From positions 4,036,508 through 4,100,507 of the forward strand of contig MU058584.1 in the NCBI GenBank assembly GCA_013265495.1: DNA of 64,000 nt, written 5' to 3'. The first letter of the stretch is position 1. Every line of letters starts with the position of its first letter. The stretch is from Vicugna vicugna. Lineage: Eukaryota. The notes beneath the pieces were generated by a model. It searched no databases. It was not told the DNA's origin and worked only from the letters and a program-made list of their open reading frames with translations. The position numbers and the translations under genes are program-made. Below, one piece after another: positions 14,236-27,683 of this stretch.

Positions 14236-15540
14236 TGCTGGTAAATAAGCCTATGCAAATATATTGAGCTTTTAACTTTTCAGCAGTCTTTGATCCTAGT
14301 CACCATTCGAAGTATTTTTCCAATGTTGAAAATTTGCCTATTAAATTATCTTTTGCTGGGGGTTGAGGGGAGTGATAAGGAAAAGTCATTTTTTATTCAA
14401 TTCACATCGCATCAACCCACAAAATTTATTTCCTTCATTTCGGTTAAGTATGTTTTGGCAGTGGAAGGCTCTTTTAAGAATTGTTGCAAAATTGTTTACA
14501 AAGTTCCATCAGTAGAAATTAAATTAATATGTGTTTATATATTGTTTATAATATTTATAAACATATATCTTGAAGGCTGTTGGGTTTTCGAATGATTTGG
14601 TTCTTATGTCTCTAATGCACAAATTGTATTGGACCCTTTTTGAAAGAGGATTGTGCCACTAAGTGACTGGGCATGCACTTCTTTATTTGATCAAAACACA
14701 TCACCAAAAAGAAGGTAGAACACGCTTACCACTTTAAGTGTGTTTGAAATAAGTCACATTATGAAAGCAAGTTTAAATCTGCTCCAAATACATTACCTGT
14801 TTTCCCGTCTAGGTTTTGTTTTGGGTAGCTAGTGTTTATAGTAGAGACACTTGGGATTCCAGGTTCATGTGGCTGGAACTTCTATTAAACCTGGGTCTTA
14901 GGATTCATTTGCATGTAAAGAGAGTGGCTGTCACCACCTGTTTCACAGAGATAATGTGTTGGAAAGGGGACGTAAAGTTGCAGAGACCAAATGCTTTCAA
15001 TAACAGAAAAGACTGTTGAGGAGGGGGCTGTAGGGAGACTTGGAAATGAAACAAATGGACTTCATATTGTCTAGTCATTTCTTAGGACATAGTGAAAATG
15101 ATGGAATATGGCAGGGATTCATGCTAATGGGAAGCAGCTGGGCCTTATCAGTTCTTTCCATGGTCAGATCCAACATCCTTGTTTCTCATTCATCTGACTA
15201 ATCTCTTGCTGTTCTGTTGGGTGTAAATTTCCTTTCATATCCTGTCAGCATTGATTCTTTTTTTTCCTTGCTTACTAGTTAATTACTTTTTTACCCGAAC
15301 CCTAGGGCCCTGGACAAGCTTAAATGATTAAGTCCAGAGTGAGGACCACCATTTTAATTTAAATGTTCTGCTAGTAATGGTAGCTTGATCACTGATGAAC
15401 GTTTTAGCCTCATGCTGACCATGTGGAGTTAAGCAGGGAAAGTTTAATGCCACTTGAGCTACTTTCTTCAGAGTAGTTGGCTTGCGCTAGGGGCCCCTCT
15501 CCTTGAGCCCTTTCCGACCGTCTGTCCTGATTTTGTTCAG

Positions 15541-15729
15541 CTGACTTTGACGCCGGCCCAGCAGCAGCTGTTGCTGCAGCAGGCGCAGGCACAGGCACAG
15601 CTGCTGGCCGCCGCCGTGCAGCAGCACTCGGCCAGCCAGCAGCACAGCGCAGCCGGGGCCACCATCTCAGCCTCCGCCGCCACGCCCATGACGCAGATCC
15701 CCCTGTCCCAGCCCATACAGATCGCACAG
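15541..15729 (+). CDS. POU2F1: POU2F1 exon 6: Q/A-rich [14 protein letters not shown]...QPIQIAQ
   Basis: ttttgttcag|CTG ... CAG|gtgagc; 189 nt; lies within ORF 15454..15798. Confidence 0.97.
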
Positions 15730-16879
15730 GTGAGCGGGGCGCTCCCGTGGCGGGGGCAGGAGGGGAGGAATAAAACGGCAGGTTTCCTGCGGTGTTAAAT
15801 CTTCACTTTCTCATTGTTAGCGTGGGCCCTTAAGGCCTGAGGAGCTCCAGATCAGGGAGGTAAGTGGTGTAGCCTTCATCATCACTGAACTGGAAAAAAT
15901 ACATTTGTTTGCTTATTTGAGTTGGTATTACAAACACATAACTGATTATTTGAATAACTGACTGTTTATATTAAGTGACAATTCTTGAATAATTAGCTGG
16001 CATATTTCTGAAGCAGGGGATTACTGTGTTTATTTTAATTAGCTAATTACAGCAGGCATGGGTTCTTTCATGTGCTCCTCAGTGAACACTGCCACCCTCG
16101 TGTGAGAGAGACTGCGAGTCATCTCTCTGCTCAGGGTGATTAGCTCTACACAGAGCTGCATTAGGGTGTTGTTTGGCTTTAATTTTCACATTGTAGGGCA
16201 AAGTATCCAGAAATAATAAAAATTTATTTAAGAAGTATAGACAGTACTGCCAAAGAGGAAAGGCAAATGAAATCCTTTATCTTAAGGAGAGAAAAAAAGT
16301 ATAAGTAGTCATATCAGTAAAATATGTGAAGCATTATTATGAGTCTAGTGCTAGATAATGGTCTTTATTCCCCCGGAGAAGGCTCAGAAATGAACTTAAA
16401 TTGTAGTAGAGTTTGACTAAACATTAAATAAGAACCAACTAACTATAAGAGTACAGAATAGACATCAGACCAGTCTTTATGACTATTACATACAGTCTTT
16501 ATCAGGATAATATTTTTATTTTTACCACTTTCTTCATCACCAGATAAATGTTTTTAGGGCCTAAACTGTGTGACCCTTTGTTGATGTTATTCTTATAAAA
16601 TAATATACATGAAAGCACATTGAAAATTATAAAACACCAGGCCAGTATAAGCAAGTTTAGTATGTTGTGGATCAGATTTTTATATGTATAGCTAAATTTT
16701 TTTTAATTTTTACACTAATTTCTCAGGTGAGATAGGCTGGTACCAAATTTCATGAATCATTATAGATCTTTCAGTTTATTGATGCAGATTCAGATATATA
16801 GTAGTTTGTTTTTATTTACCAGGAGAAAACTCACTCAAACATTTAAAAACTCAGCATATTCGTTTCTCACTTGATTTTT

Positions 16880-17020
16880 TTTAATTTTTTTTTTTTAGAG
16901 GGGAGGTAATTAGGTGTTCTATTGTTTGTTTGTTTTTTATCTTTAATGGAGATACTGGGAATCAAACCCAGGACCTTGTGCATGTTAGACACGCACTCTA
17001 CCACTGAGTCTCCCCCTCCC
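16880..17020 (-). mobile_element. tRNA-derived SINE (vic-1-like)
   Basis: Same family as 26961 copy in reverse; T-tail; imperfect TSD cactt(g/c)attttt. Confidence 0.85.
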
Positions 17021-17358
17021 CACTTCATTTTTAAAACCCATATTGGTCTCTGCATGTTAAAAACACGACCATAACCATTTGTTCTAAGGGAATTTTAAAT
17101 AACTATTGAAAATTAGGTTTAGCGTTCAGTCACAAATCAGTATATGCCCACAGTAAATAACAGGTCCTTGTAGCGGCTCCTGGTTTCTTTATACACTTTG
17201 TGAACACACCCAGAGCACATCCTGGCTGGGAGTCCACAGAAATGCAAAATATTGACTCTTCTTTGTTTGGGTGACAGAGTTCATCATCTGGGAACCTTAA
17301 GATTAAGCAAGCCTTTATTTCAGAATCTCCAATCTATGTTTTAATCCTAATTTTACAG

Positions 17359-17485
17359 GATCTGCAACAACTGCAACAGCTTCAACAGCAGAATCTCAAC
17401 CTGCAACAGTTTGTGTTGGTACATCCGACTACCAACCTGCAGCCAGCGCAGTTTATCATCTCACAGACGCCCCAGGGCCAGCAGG
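17359..17485 (+). CDS. POU2F1: POU2F1 exon 7: [42 protein letters not shown](G)
   Basis: ttttacag|GAT ... CAG G|gtgagt; 127 nt. Confidence 0.97.
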
Positions 17486-18320
17486 GTGAGTGCCTCCTTG
17501 TCCGTGGTACCAAGGTTGTCCTCTTATGTGACACACATGCTGACTGCTATCATTTTGACCCGAAAACTGTCTATTAGAACAGTGTTTTTATTAAATTTTA
17601 TTTAAGTTTAAACTCAGCATTCATGTTGACAAAAATTTTTTGTTTGTTTTTGTTTTTTTCATGTCAAGCATACCTCATGATCGAAGGTCATCTTTCACTA
17701 TCTTTCATCTATTTAATCACTAGGGAGGAACCAAGAGTTTGGCCAAAAGTCTAAATGAAATCCTTCAGCATGCTGAACGTACACTGGATAAATTGCTTCT
17801 ACTGTTTTGATCATTTTTCATGAGGATGTGCTCAGAGAATGTGGGCTGAGCACTGAAAGTCTATGCCTCTAACAGTCATTTGTTTTCTTTTAAAGTTTGA
17901 GAGGGAGAGAGTGTTATGTTAGAAACTGCGAATTTTATGACTTATAAAAAACATCTTCAAGGCCTTTTAGTGGTAAATATTGCTGTGCAACTTCTGTATG
18001 AAGTTCAGTCATGTTTGCAGGGATGGTTAATGGAATCAGTGCAGAGTGTCAGGGTATCAAGGCTTCAACCCAAGGAACATTAGTGCATCTCTGCTGATTC
18101 CTCGTCATTTCTGTTCTTTAGCCTTTTTATCTTCTTGATCCTTTGGTCCGAAATCTTTTGTTATGTAAATACCTGTTGCACGTAATGGGCCTGATAGGCT
18201 ACTCCTTTCATGAACGAGACAATTCTGTGGTCCAGCACCTACTGCCAGTTTCTAATGGATTCTGGCTTAAGAAGTTGAGATAATCTTTACTGTTTGACAT
18301 AACACATTTGTGTTTTACAG

Positions 18321-18415
18321 GTCTCCTGCAAGCGCAAAATCTTTTAACACAACTACCTCAGCAAAGCCAAGCCAACCTCCTACAGTCGCAGCCAAGCATC
18401 ACCCTCACCTCCCAG
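18321..18415 (+). CDS. POU2F1: POU2F1 exon 8: (G)[31 protein letters not shown]
   Basis: gttttacag|GT ... CAG|gtccgt; 95 nt. Confidence 0.95.
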
Positions 18416-18879
18416 GTCCGTTTTCTTCCTTGAGGGTTGCTTTCTCTTATCCTGTTGTCTTGAGAGACTTCTGGGCTTTGTTTAATTTAAAACCACAACC
18501 CCCTAATAAAAATAATCCAAATAGTTTTCAAAAACTCACCAGAAATTCAAGGCTAAGTTTGTCAGCTTGATAAAGCAGTGCTACCAAATTGATGTAGTCT
18601 TTGAAAATCTTCAAGGCATCCCAATTTTCTTACATGTTCATAAAGAATAACTGTGTTAGTGGCAAATGAGTATTAAGTTCTGGCTGTCTGACCACCCTCC
18701 CCCTCCATATTTGGTGGTAGAGGATACCACTTGAACTAGATAGATACCTAGAGGCTCTGTTAAAACCCATCTCTGCCCTTTGCCCCATCTCAGGAGCTGC
18801 AAAGAAGCTCTGATCTCTGTGTTTTATTCCATTTCAACTTTCAGATGTTGCTTTAGCTCGTTTCTACCAAAGTTTAACT

Positions 18880-19050
18880 GTAGAAAAAAGCACAGGTCCA
18901 GGCATTTAGAGATTTGGACCTAATTCTGTTTCTTATCTAGCTGTGACTTTGAGCATGTCGTTTCACCTCTCTGCACCTCCGTTTCCTCATCTGTAAATTA
19001 GGCAATTGAACTAGCTGCTCCTGAATCCCCCTTCCATCTCTGGTTCTCTT
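18880..19050 (+). mobile_element. MIR SINE
   Basis: ctgtgactttgagcatgtcgtttcacctctctgcacctccgtttcctcatctgtaaa core. Confidence 0.75.
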
Positions 19051-19079
19051 TGTCCTTAATCATGGAAGTTATCACTTAA

Positions 19080-21170
19080 TACTAACAAATTACTAAATTT
19101 GACAAAATTCAACAACTGTTTAAGAACTCTTCTAGGAAAAGAAGGTAACTTGCCCAATCTGCTCAAAGGCATCTGCAAAAATACCATCGTAAAGACTGAA
19201 TACTTACCCCCCAAGATCAAGAACAAGGCAAGGGATGTCCACTGTTACCACTGTTATTCAACATTGCACTGAGGTCCTATCAACGCAGTAAGACAAGGAA
19301 AAGAAATAAAAGACATATAAATTAGGATGGGAGAAGTAAAACTGTCTTAATTGGTAGGTAACATAATAGTGCAAAAAGTCCAAAGGAATCTACAAAAAAG
19401 TTGCTGGAATTAATAAGTGAGTTTAGCAAGTATGTAGGATACAAAGTCAGTATACAAAAATCTATATACTAACAACTTATTTGGAAATTAAAACTAAGAT
19501 GAAAAATATTTACAGTAATTAGAGAGAAATTTAACAACACATTTATAAGACCTATATATTGAAAACTATAATATCTTGCTGAATGAAATTAAACAAGACC
19601 TAAACAAATGGAGAGATATAATGTGTTCATGAAGACTTCTGCTGTTAAAATATGAGTTCTCTCCAAATGGATCTGTAAATTCAGCCCAGTCCCAGTTAAT
19701 ATCCACAGGCTTTCTTTGTAGTGATTTGCATGGTGTTTGTAATACTTATACAGAATTGTAGAGGACACAGAATAGCCAAACGATTCTGGAAAGTAAGAAA
19801 GTTGAAGGATGACCTGATGTCAAGAATTATTATAAAGCTACAGTAATGAAGAGAGTGTGTTAACAGCGTATATTCAAATAGAAATGGAACAGTAGTCCAG
19901 TAGACCCACACATATAGAGCCAACTGATTTTCCACAAAGGTACTGAAGGATTTCAGTGGGAAAAGGAAAGCCTTATCAACATACGGTGCTAAAACAATTG
20001 ACTATCTGTAGACGAAAAAAAACGAACCTTACTCTTTATTTCCCACAGTATACAAAGATTAATCTGAAATGGGCTGCAGCCCTAAACTTCTAGAAGTAAA
20101 CTTAGAGGAAAATCTTTGTGTCCTTGGGTAAGGTAATGATTTCTTAAATAGGACCCAAAAAGCACTAACCATAAAAGGAAAAAAAAAATGATAAATTTAA
20201 TTTTGTAAAAATTAAAAGCTTCTGTTAAAAGAATAAAAAGGAAAGCCACAGACTGGAAGAGAATACTCTTAAAATTTATATCTGATGAAAGACTTGTATC
20301 CAGAATATATAAAGAACTCAGTCAACTCAGTAGGACAACCTGATTTTTTTAAAAGGGGATGTGTACAAAATATTTGAAGATACTTCACCAAAGAAGGCAT
20401 GTAAATACCTAAGCATATGAAAAGATGTTCAAAATTACTAGTCATCAGGAAAATACAAATGAAGTATCACACTACACACCCACTAGAATGGGCAAAATTA
20501 AAAAGACCATGATAATTCCAAGTGTTGGTGAGAATATAAACCAACCACAGCTCTTACACATTGCTAGTGGGGTTGTAAATTGGTACATTTTGGGAAATAG
20601 TTCAGCAGTTTCTTATAAAGTTAAATATACATGTACCTTATGACTCAGTAATTCTGCTCCTAGAAATGAATGCATCTGTCCACACAAAGGCCTGTATATG
20701 AATGTTCATAGCAGTTTTATTCATAATCTCCTCAAACTGGAAACAACCTAAATTTCCATCAGCTGGTAAATAGATAACATAAATTTTGGCACATCTATAT
20801 GATGGAATGCTACTCAGCAATAGAAAGAAATGTACTTCTGATACATTCAGTATCATGTATGAATTTCAAAAGTATTATGCCAAGTGAAAGAAGCCAAACA
20901 TACAAGACTGTATGCTATATGATTCAATTTACATGGCATTTTAGAGCAGACAAAACTATGGAGACAGAAGTCATCTCAGTGGTTGCTGGGGGTGGGAATT
21001 GATGGCGAAGGGCACAAGGGAACTTTTGGGGGTGATGGAAATTTTCTGTATCTCAATTGTGGTAGCAGTTATATGACTATACATAGTTGTCAAAACACAT
21101 CAAACTTTACACTTTTAAATGGCGCATCTAATTGTGAATAGGCTGAACATAAAAATAAGATTGGAAAAAA
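19080..21170 (+). mobile_element. Degraded L1 (ORF2 3' part and 3' UTR, L1MB/MC-like)
   Basis: Decayed ORF2 segments (HYTPTRMGKIKK in ORF 20425..20643) and L1M 3' UTR motifs. Confidence 0.85.
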
Positions 21171-23726
21171 GCCAATACTAGTCAGTCCTTCCTGGCCCTT
21201 CAAGCTTTATAAACAGTGGCGGGGCTGTTGTAGCTTCATCCTGACTCCTGCTCACTGAATTTTACTCCACTATTTCTAGATCTAGCACAGTCCAGCCTGA
21301 GGTTTCTGGAGTTGGGGTAACTTATGTGTAACCACCCCAATGAAAGGTACCCAAGCTATTTTCAGTCCTTTGTTAATTGAGAATGGGGCTGCTTCAAGCC
21401 TGGAAATGAAGGAACAGTCTGATAGTTGAGACTCCCCTCTACCTATACACCAGTTTCAGAGGGAAGTGCACAACCACATAGGAGTCTAATATGGCTCTTG
21501 CTGTTTGGGGCTCTTCCGAAAGGATTGGGTTAAAAATTTCTCAGTGTCAGCAGGCCATAGAGATGAATTATGTTGTCTTCATTGAAGCAGGATGATGGAG
21601 AGGAGCCTGTCCCAACTGTAGGCGATTGGAATTCCTGGTCTGTAGTTTTCAGGGCCAGTTAGTTCAGTTGGAGAATGCATGTTACTAATGCGGTCAAAGT
21701 TAGGGGTTTGTGACCCATTTAAATTACAAGGAAAAAAGCACATAGCTGTAGACTTCATCTGTAATCCTGTCCTATAATCTCTCTCCTGGTTCCATTTGCA
21801 GGAAGGGTCAGCTGAGCAGTTCTGTTGCACAGTTGGGGCAGCATCTCCCACTAGTGAATACGCAGAAGGGTGGGTTCTACTTAGGGCTTGTGAATAAAAT
21901 AGAGTCGCCTTGTGCTAGTGTAATAAGAACATTTAATATTTTCTTTTTAAAAAAATACAGATTATACCCTTATGTTCCCAAGTAAACTTTAGATGGAGTT
22001 AAATAATTAAATATTTAAAAATACATAGAAGAAGCTAACAGAATATTAAAAGGAATTTTATCCAAGTTAGAAATAAGTCAAAGCTTTCTCAGATTTGAAG
22101 CAACAGAAGATATTAGAAAGGGAAAAAAATTACTCAAACGATAATTTAAAACTTATGTACACAGAAAAATGGAAAAGAGCAGATCGGGAAAGCTTTTTGA
22201 AGCAATACAGCAAAGGCTTAATCTGTAACATTTGATGAGCCCTTTAAGGACAAGGATGAGAATAAGGATATCATTAACATATAAATGGGTTATGGATGTA
22301 AGTTCAGTTCACATTAGCGGAAATACAGATAATTGACACATGGAAAAACTTTGGCTTTAAGTTATAAGAGAAATATGAGTTATGGCAACAACGAAGTACC
22401 ATTTACTCCCTGAATTAGCAAAACATTTTTAAAAACTGCTAACACAAGCCATGTGGAGAGCATTGTATAGTGGGAACCAACATTATGATGTGTATCAGAA
22501 GCCATGCAATGGTTTTTATGGTGTACCCTTTATCCAATTACAGAAAGTCCTTTGTGAATTTATCTCAAAGAACTAATTACAAAGATGAAAAAACAAACTC
22601 TATACACAAAGTTTCTCATTGTGTTATTACCTATGTTAGTGAAAACAAATGAAAAAGTGTCTAATAATGGAGAAGTTATTAAATAAATTATGATAATATT
22701 ACCTCTCAGTCAGCCTTTGAAAATGATAATTATGAAGACTGAAAAACCATAGGAAAAAAATTAAAGTATAATGTTACATAAGAAAAGCAGAGTATAAAAT
22801 TATGTTACCATAATCACCGTTAAAGTTAAGAATGTAGATCTGAGGGAAGGAGATAACTTCCAGAGTAATGGGTAAATTTAGGGCACTGTGTATGGTGACA
22901 GTATATATTCACTGGTGTTTACTTATCTTCAAACTCATCAAGATGTAGGCATTAAATATGTACAGCTTTTCTGAGTGTCAGTCATACTTCAATTAAATAA
23001 AAAAGTTTACTGCTTTGATTTTGTGCCCTATGGTCCCATTCAATGTTTTAATCATCTTATAAAAATCATTCTGACCTGCAGGATGTATGCCTTGTTATTG
23101 AAGGTTTAAAAATTATAATTTGTGAGAAACAGGTACAGATAAATTTAGTGCATCAAATTAAAAACAACATAAAAAAGAAAACATGTAGGTCTATGGAAGA
23201 AAACTTGAACAAATACTCAAAAATGAGCCTATTATCATAAGTTATTTGAACTGTAGGTGATTTACTTTTCCCCCTTAAAATAGTTATAATAATTTTTTTA
23301 TAATATTGTATTACAAGTTGGAGATATGATAATAGTAAACAAGAAAGATACGGTCCCTGCTGTTTTGAAACATAATTGAAGTGGCATATTTATAAAATAG
23401 ATTCCTAAAAATAAAGACTTATTAAAAGACATAAGATGCATGTGTTCAGACCATTTGAAAACCCAAATATAATGGGTTTCAGTTTTGTGTATTCAAGACT
23501 TTTCCATAGACTTAACACGTTTAACCTTTAACTGTAATTCTGGTGTACATAACATCACTCTGTGCTTTTCTCACTCGGCCTTACGTTGTACCTTCTGCAG
23601 TGTTACGTGGTCTTCATAGTTCTTGAATACAGCCATTTCCTTAAGTTGTTTACTTGCAGCACGTTCCAGTTATAAACTTAAATATCCTTGTGTGTATTTG
23701 TTCTTACCCTGTTCCTTCTCTAACAG

Positions 23727-23900
23727 CCAGCAACCCCAACACGCACAATAGCAGCAACCCCAATTCAGACACTTCCGCAGAGCCAGTCAACACCAAAGCG
23801 AATTGATACTCCCAGCTTGGAGGAGCCCAGTGACCTTGAGGAGCTTGAGCAGTTTGCCAAGACCTTCAAACAAAGACGAATCAAACTTGGATTCACTCAG
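23727..23900 (+). CDS. POU2F1: POU2F1 exon 9: PATPTRT...[27 protein letters not shown] (start of POU-specific domain)
   Basis: tctctaacag|CCA ... CAG|gtagga; 174 nt; canonical POU-S N-terminal half. Confidence 0.98.
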
Positions 23901-24260
23901 GTAGGAGGAACCCACCCTCAACTTAGGTTTCCCTCCTTGGCTGGGTCCAAATACTTGCTTTCCATGTCCAAAGAGTCTTCTAAGGAACCATATGTTACTC
24001 AGCCTTGTTTTTTAGTTTTAGACTGTAACTTTTTCTTAAGCCATTTTCTGCATTTATAAGTGTAGACTACTGTTGTATATATCCATTTATAAATGTATAA
24101 TTTACTGTTAGGTTAAAATCATTAAGATTTCTCTCAGAACACAGGCCTCTGAAATTAGAATTACACCAATAAGTGACGAGAATTTAAAAGGTTATGTTGG
24201 GGGATGACATATACTGAGAGCTTTGTTATTTGAAGAACTTCTGATTCTAGACCTTTGTGC

Positions 24261-24299
<39 letters not shown>
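24261..24299. repeat. Compound (TA)n(TG)n microsatellite
   Basis: Directly visible. Confidence 0.9.
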
Positions 24300-26739
24300 A
24301 GGATTGAGAGGACTAAAGATTACAGGGTCTTTTAGAGTAGCTGAAAAGGGAAGAGTTTGAAAGACTTGTTTAAAAATAGCTTTGGGGGAGAGAGAAAGGG
24401 GTGGTGGAGACACACACACTCACTCTCTCTCTCTAAGCCCAAAATGAAACTGATTAATCAGAGAGGAGTCTGCTGAAGATGAAAAATCCAAATTAATCAA
24501 AATCCAAATTAAAATTTTTTAAATGTCACCTAGCAGAGGGCTTTTAAAGTGGAATAAGTTTAATGGTCTAAACAGGCATCTGGGTATATGGCTTTTTTGT
24601 TCCAAGCACTCCCACTGACTTAATTCTTTGATTAACCTGTCACAAATAATACTTCCAAAGCAGGAAAAGAATTAAACTGAATGACATTTATGTAAAATGA
24701 TATAAGATCATTAAGAGAAATAAAATTACTGAAGTACAGATTAGAATGGGTGTTTTAATAGAACCAGGAAAAACCGGATTGTTTTCTTCCCAGAGAATAT
24801 AATAAATACTGTTTGAAATTTAAGCCACCACTTAAACACTATCCAAATTATTTTGTGTTGAAAGTACAGCAGTGCACCACCTGCTCTGGTAGCTCAAAAG
24901 TCAGGGATGACATCCCTACATGTTTTCTGTGAGTTTTTAAGAGGAGACGTTTTATTCCTTGTATTTCTGTGGAAATTTATTTTCGCGCAAAGTAACTAAT
25001 CATATAGTGGGAACATAAAATGATTTTTAAAATAGATATACTTTTAGAGACAATACTGTTACATTTGTGAAGACTTTCAGTTTTGAAGAAACAAATTACA
25101 ATTCAGAAGTATTTTAGTACTTTTGAAACATCTGAACGATCTGGCTTGTTTTTAAAAAGAAAACTTAATGATACAACTAGATGGATGGGGTAAATTAATG
25201 AGCTTAAATAAGTATAAGGCTGGCATGTTTAGCAGTGCTTCGGCTTTTAGGCTACTGGCACAGCATACTCTTGGGTTCCCTAGGAAATCGTTGCCTGAGT
25301 GATACACCAAGGATGTTAAGGCTTTTAAAAATCTTTTAACTTTTACCCAAATAGTGGTTTACCTTCCTGTGGCATTTGACCCAGCAGACTGCCAGTACTG
25401 TTTCTTCCTTTTTCTCTCTCTCTCCTTTTTGTGTGAGGGAGCTTCCCCGTGGTTTGGTGTTCCGCTTTATGGTTTTAGCCTATCATTTGGCACAACTGTT
25501 CCTTATTTTTCAAAACGACTTTGACAAAGCAGTGGCAACATTTCAGAAACCTTGTCTGCGTGGATTAAAGCACATATTACTGGTGCAGAATGGGAAGATC
25601 AGTCTTTGCTTTTAAATCAGATACTTCAATTGTTGTTTTTCAAACATTGCTTTGTACCCCATTTATTTATGAAACACAGAGTAAGTTAGACATTCAAGTT
25701 ATTAATTAAGACAAACAAAAAAAAACTCCTATTCTCTTAGTAAATACGTATACGTGTTGTTAGGCTTTTTAAACAGTAGTTGTTGTCGAACTACATAATT
25801 GGTTATTAAAGGATTACTGTAGATGTCATTATGTAATTAGAAGGCAAGCCGTAGTACAGCACCATCACATGTGGTTCATTCATTATTTCCTAATCACAAT
25901 CTTTGTTCCTTTTTAAAAAAATATCAAAGGATATAATATAGTTCAGATTAAGTGTGAGTCAACTGCTTCAAATTTACTTTTGTGAAGGAGAACCCAAAAG
26001 CAAGTGAGTGAGGTGTGTTACAAGAGCACTAAACCAAACTTACATCAAATTAGTGAGAATTAGTATATTAACTGAGGCATCTGTTGCTTTTTATTTAATT
26101 AAATCATTTAAATGTGAAGGAAAATTGTATTATAAATCTCAATTAAGTGGATTTGTTATGTTTTGCCACAGTTTTAGTTAGTTGATGGCATAATTTTATT
26201 TCTGGCCACCAACTTGAGGCATTGTCTCTTATTCTTATTATGATGTCATTTTTGAATAGGTATTCTATTTTTTGTTTATTGTCAATATTGTTACTTTTTA
26301 AAGAAAGGTCTTAAACAAAAGGTTGTGAAAAAATTTTAGTGAATTATGCAGTTATAATAAACACAGGAAACATTGCCATCTCGCTCCTACAGCAGGTCTT
26401 ACGTTCAACAATTGCACGGTTTAGTTGGCCCTAGTTTTTTTGGAAGCTATAATTTAACAGATAAGGTGACCAAGGCATGAATATATGTGACACACAAAGC
26501 ATAGTCTAGTGCCTGACGTACAGTAGGCACCTAGTGAATACTTGCTGACTGAATGAAAACTTCATAAACATAACAGAGATAATGATGTAGATAAGTCTAT
26601 AGATACACCTATAGATTTTTTTATATAGAGATAATGATAACATTGACGCCCCACTCACACTACTCTGGTTCTTTGAGTTTTACTATAATTGGAAGGAAAT
26701 CAATAAGCAGTCCACTTCTGTTCTAGCTATATGGTATAT

Positions 26740-26940
26740 GCAGAGCTGTTAATAAAACTTTCTGTGTTGATGGAAATGTTCTGTATTTGTGCTGTCTAAT
26801 ATAATAGCCACTATCCACTTGTGGCTATTGAAAACCTGGAAGGTTAGTGGTGCCAAGGAACTGAATTTTTAATTTATCTGATTTGAATTAATTTAAATTT
26901 AAATAGTCACATGTGGTTGATGGCTAACCTACTGGAAAGA
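26740..26940. mobile_element. hAT-Charlie fossil (MER3-like)
   Basis: actttctgtgttgatggaaatgttctgtat...atagccacta...gtggctattg...aaatagtcacatgtgg. Confidence 0.75.
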
Positions 26941-26958
26941 TTAGAACATAGATCAATG

Positions 26959-27097
26959 TGGGGGAGGGCATAGCTCAGTGGTAGAGCACATGCTTAGCAT
27001 GCATGAGGTCCTGGGTTCAATCCCCAGTGCTTCCTCTATAAATAAATAAACAAACCTAATTACCTCTCCCCCGCAAAAACAAAACAAATAAGCAAAC
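26959..27097 (+). mobile_element. tRNA-derived SINE (vic-1-like)
   Basis: ggggagggcatagctcagtggtagagc...gggttcaatccccag (A/B boxes), A-rich tail, TSD agaacatagatca(a/g)tg at 26943-26958 and 27098-27113. Confidence 0.92.
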
Positions 27098-27229
27098 AGA
27101 ACATAGATCAGTGGGAGTTCAGGTAATCTCATTGCCTCATTTTATCCTACAGTTTCAACATTTCTCCTCTGTTAAACTTTTTGTCTCAAGTTTCTCACCA
27201 GTAAGAAAATGAAGTTTAAAAAGAAATGT

Positions 27230-27374
27230 CTCGGAGGAAGGGTATAGCTCAGTGGCAGAGCACATGCTCAGCATGCATGAGGTCCTGAGTTCAGTCCCCA
27301 GCACTGCCATTAAATAAACAAACAAACAAACACACCTGATTACCTCCCCCCACAAAAAAAATTTAAAAAGAAAG
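27230..27374 (+). mobile_element. tRNA-derived SINE (vic-1-like), second tandem copy
   Basis: gggtatagctcagtggcagagc head; TSD aaagaaatgt at 27220-27229 and 27375-27384. Confidence 0.9.
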
Positions 27375-27443
27375 AAAGAAATGTTTGTTCTCTTCCCTAA
27401 CTACCACCTAATTCGGATGCAAATAAAACAATGTACTGTCCAA

Positions 27444-27683
27444 GGGAGGGATAAATTTGGAATTTGGGATTAACAAATACACACTACTATCTGTAAAACA
27501 GATGAACAACAAAGACCTGTATAGCACAGGGAACTATATTCAATATCTTGTAATAATTTATAATGGAAAAGAATCTGAAAAAATACATATCTATAGATAT
27601 AGGTATATATAACCAAATCACTTTGCTGTACACATGAAACATTGTAAATCATACTTCAATTTTTTTTAAAAAGGTTAAAAAAA
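27444..27683 (+). mobile_element. 5'-truncated L1 3' end (artiodactyl type)
   Basis: tatagcacagggaactatattcaatatcttgtaataa motif; TSD aatgtact(g/a)tccaa at 27430-27443 and 27684-27697. Confidence 0.88.

Noticed and set aside
15410..15727. 105-aa minus-strand ORF over exon 6 (and similar ORFs at 49418-49837 and 52416-53140)
   Set aside because: These are antisense shadows of GC-rich, low-complexity POU2F1 exons, with no independent gene signals.
26959..27040. tRNA-like sequence with A and B boxes
   Set aside because: It is a SINE head: followed by a family-specific tail and TSD, with six related copies in the window. Not a tRNA gene.
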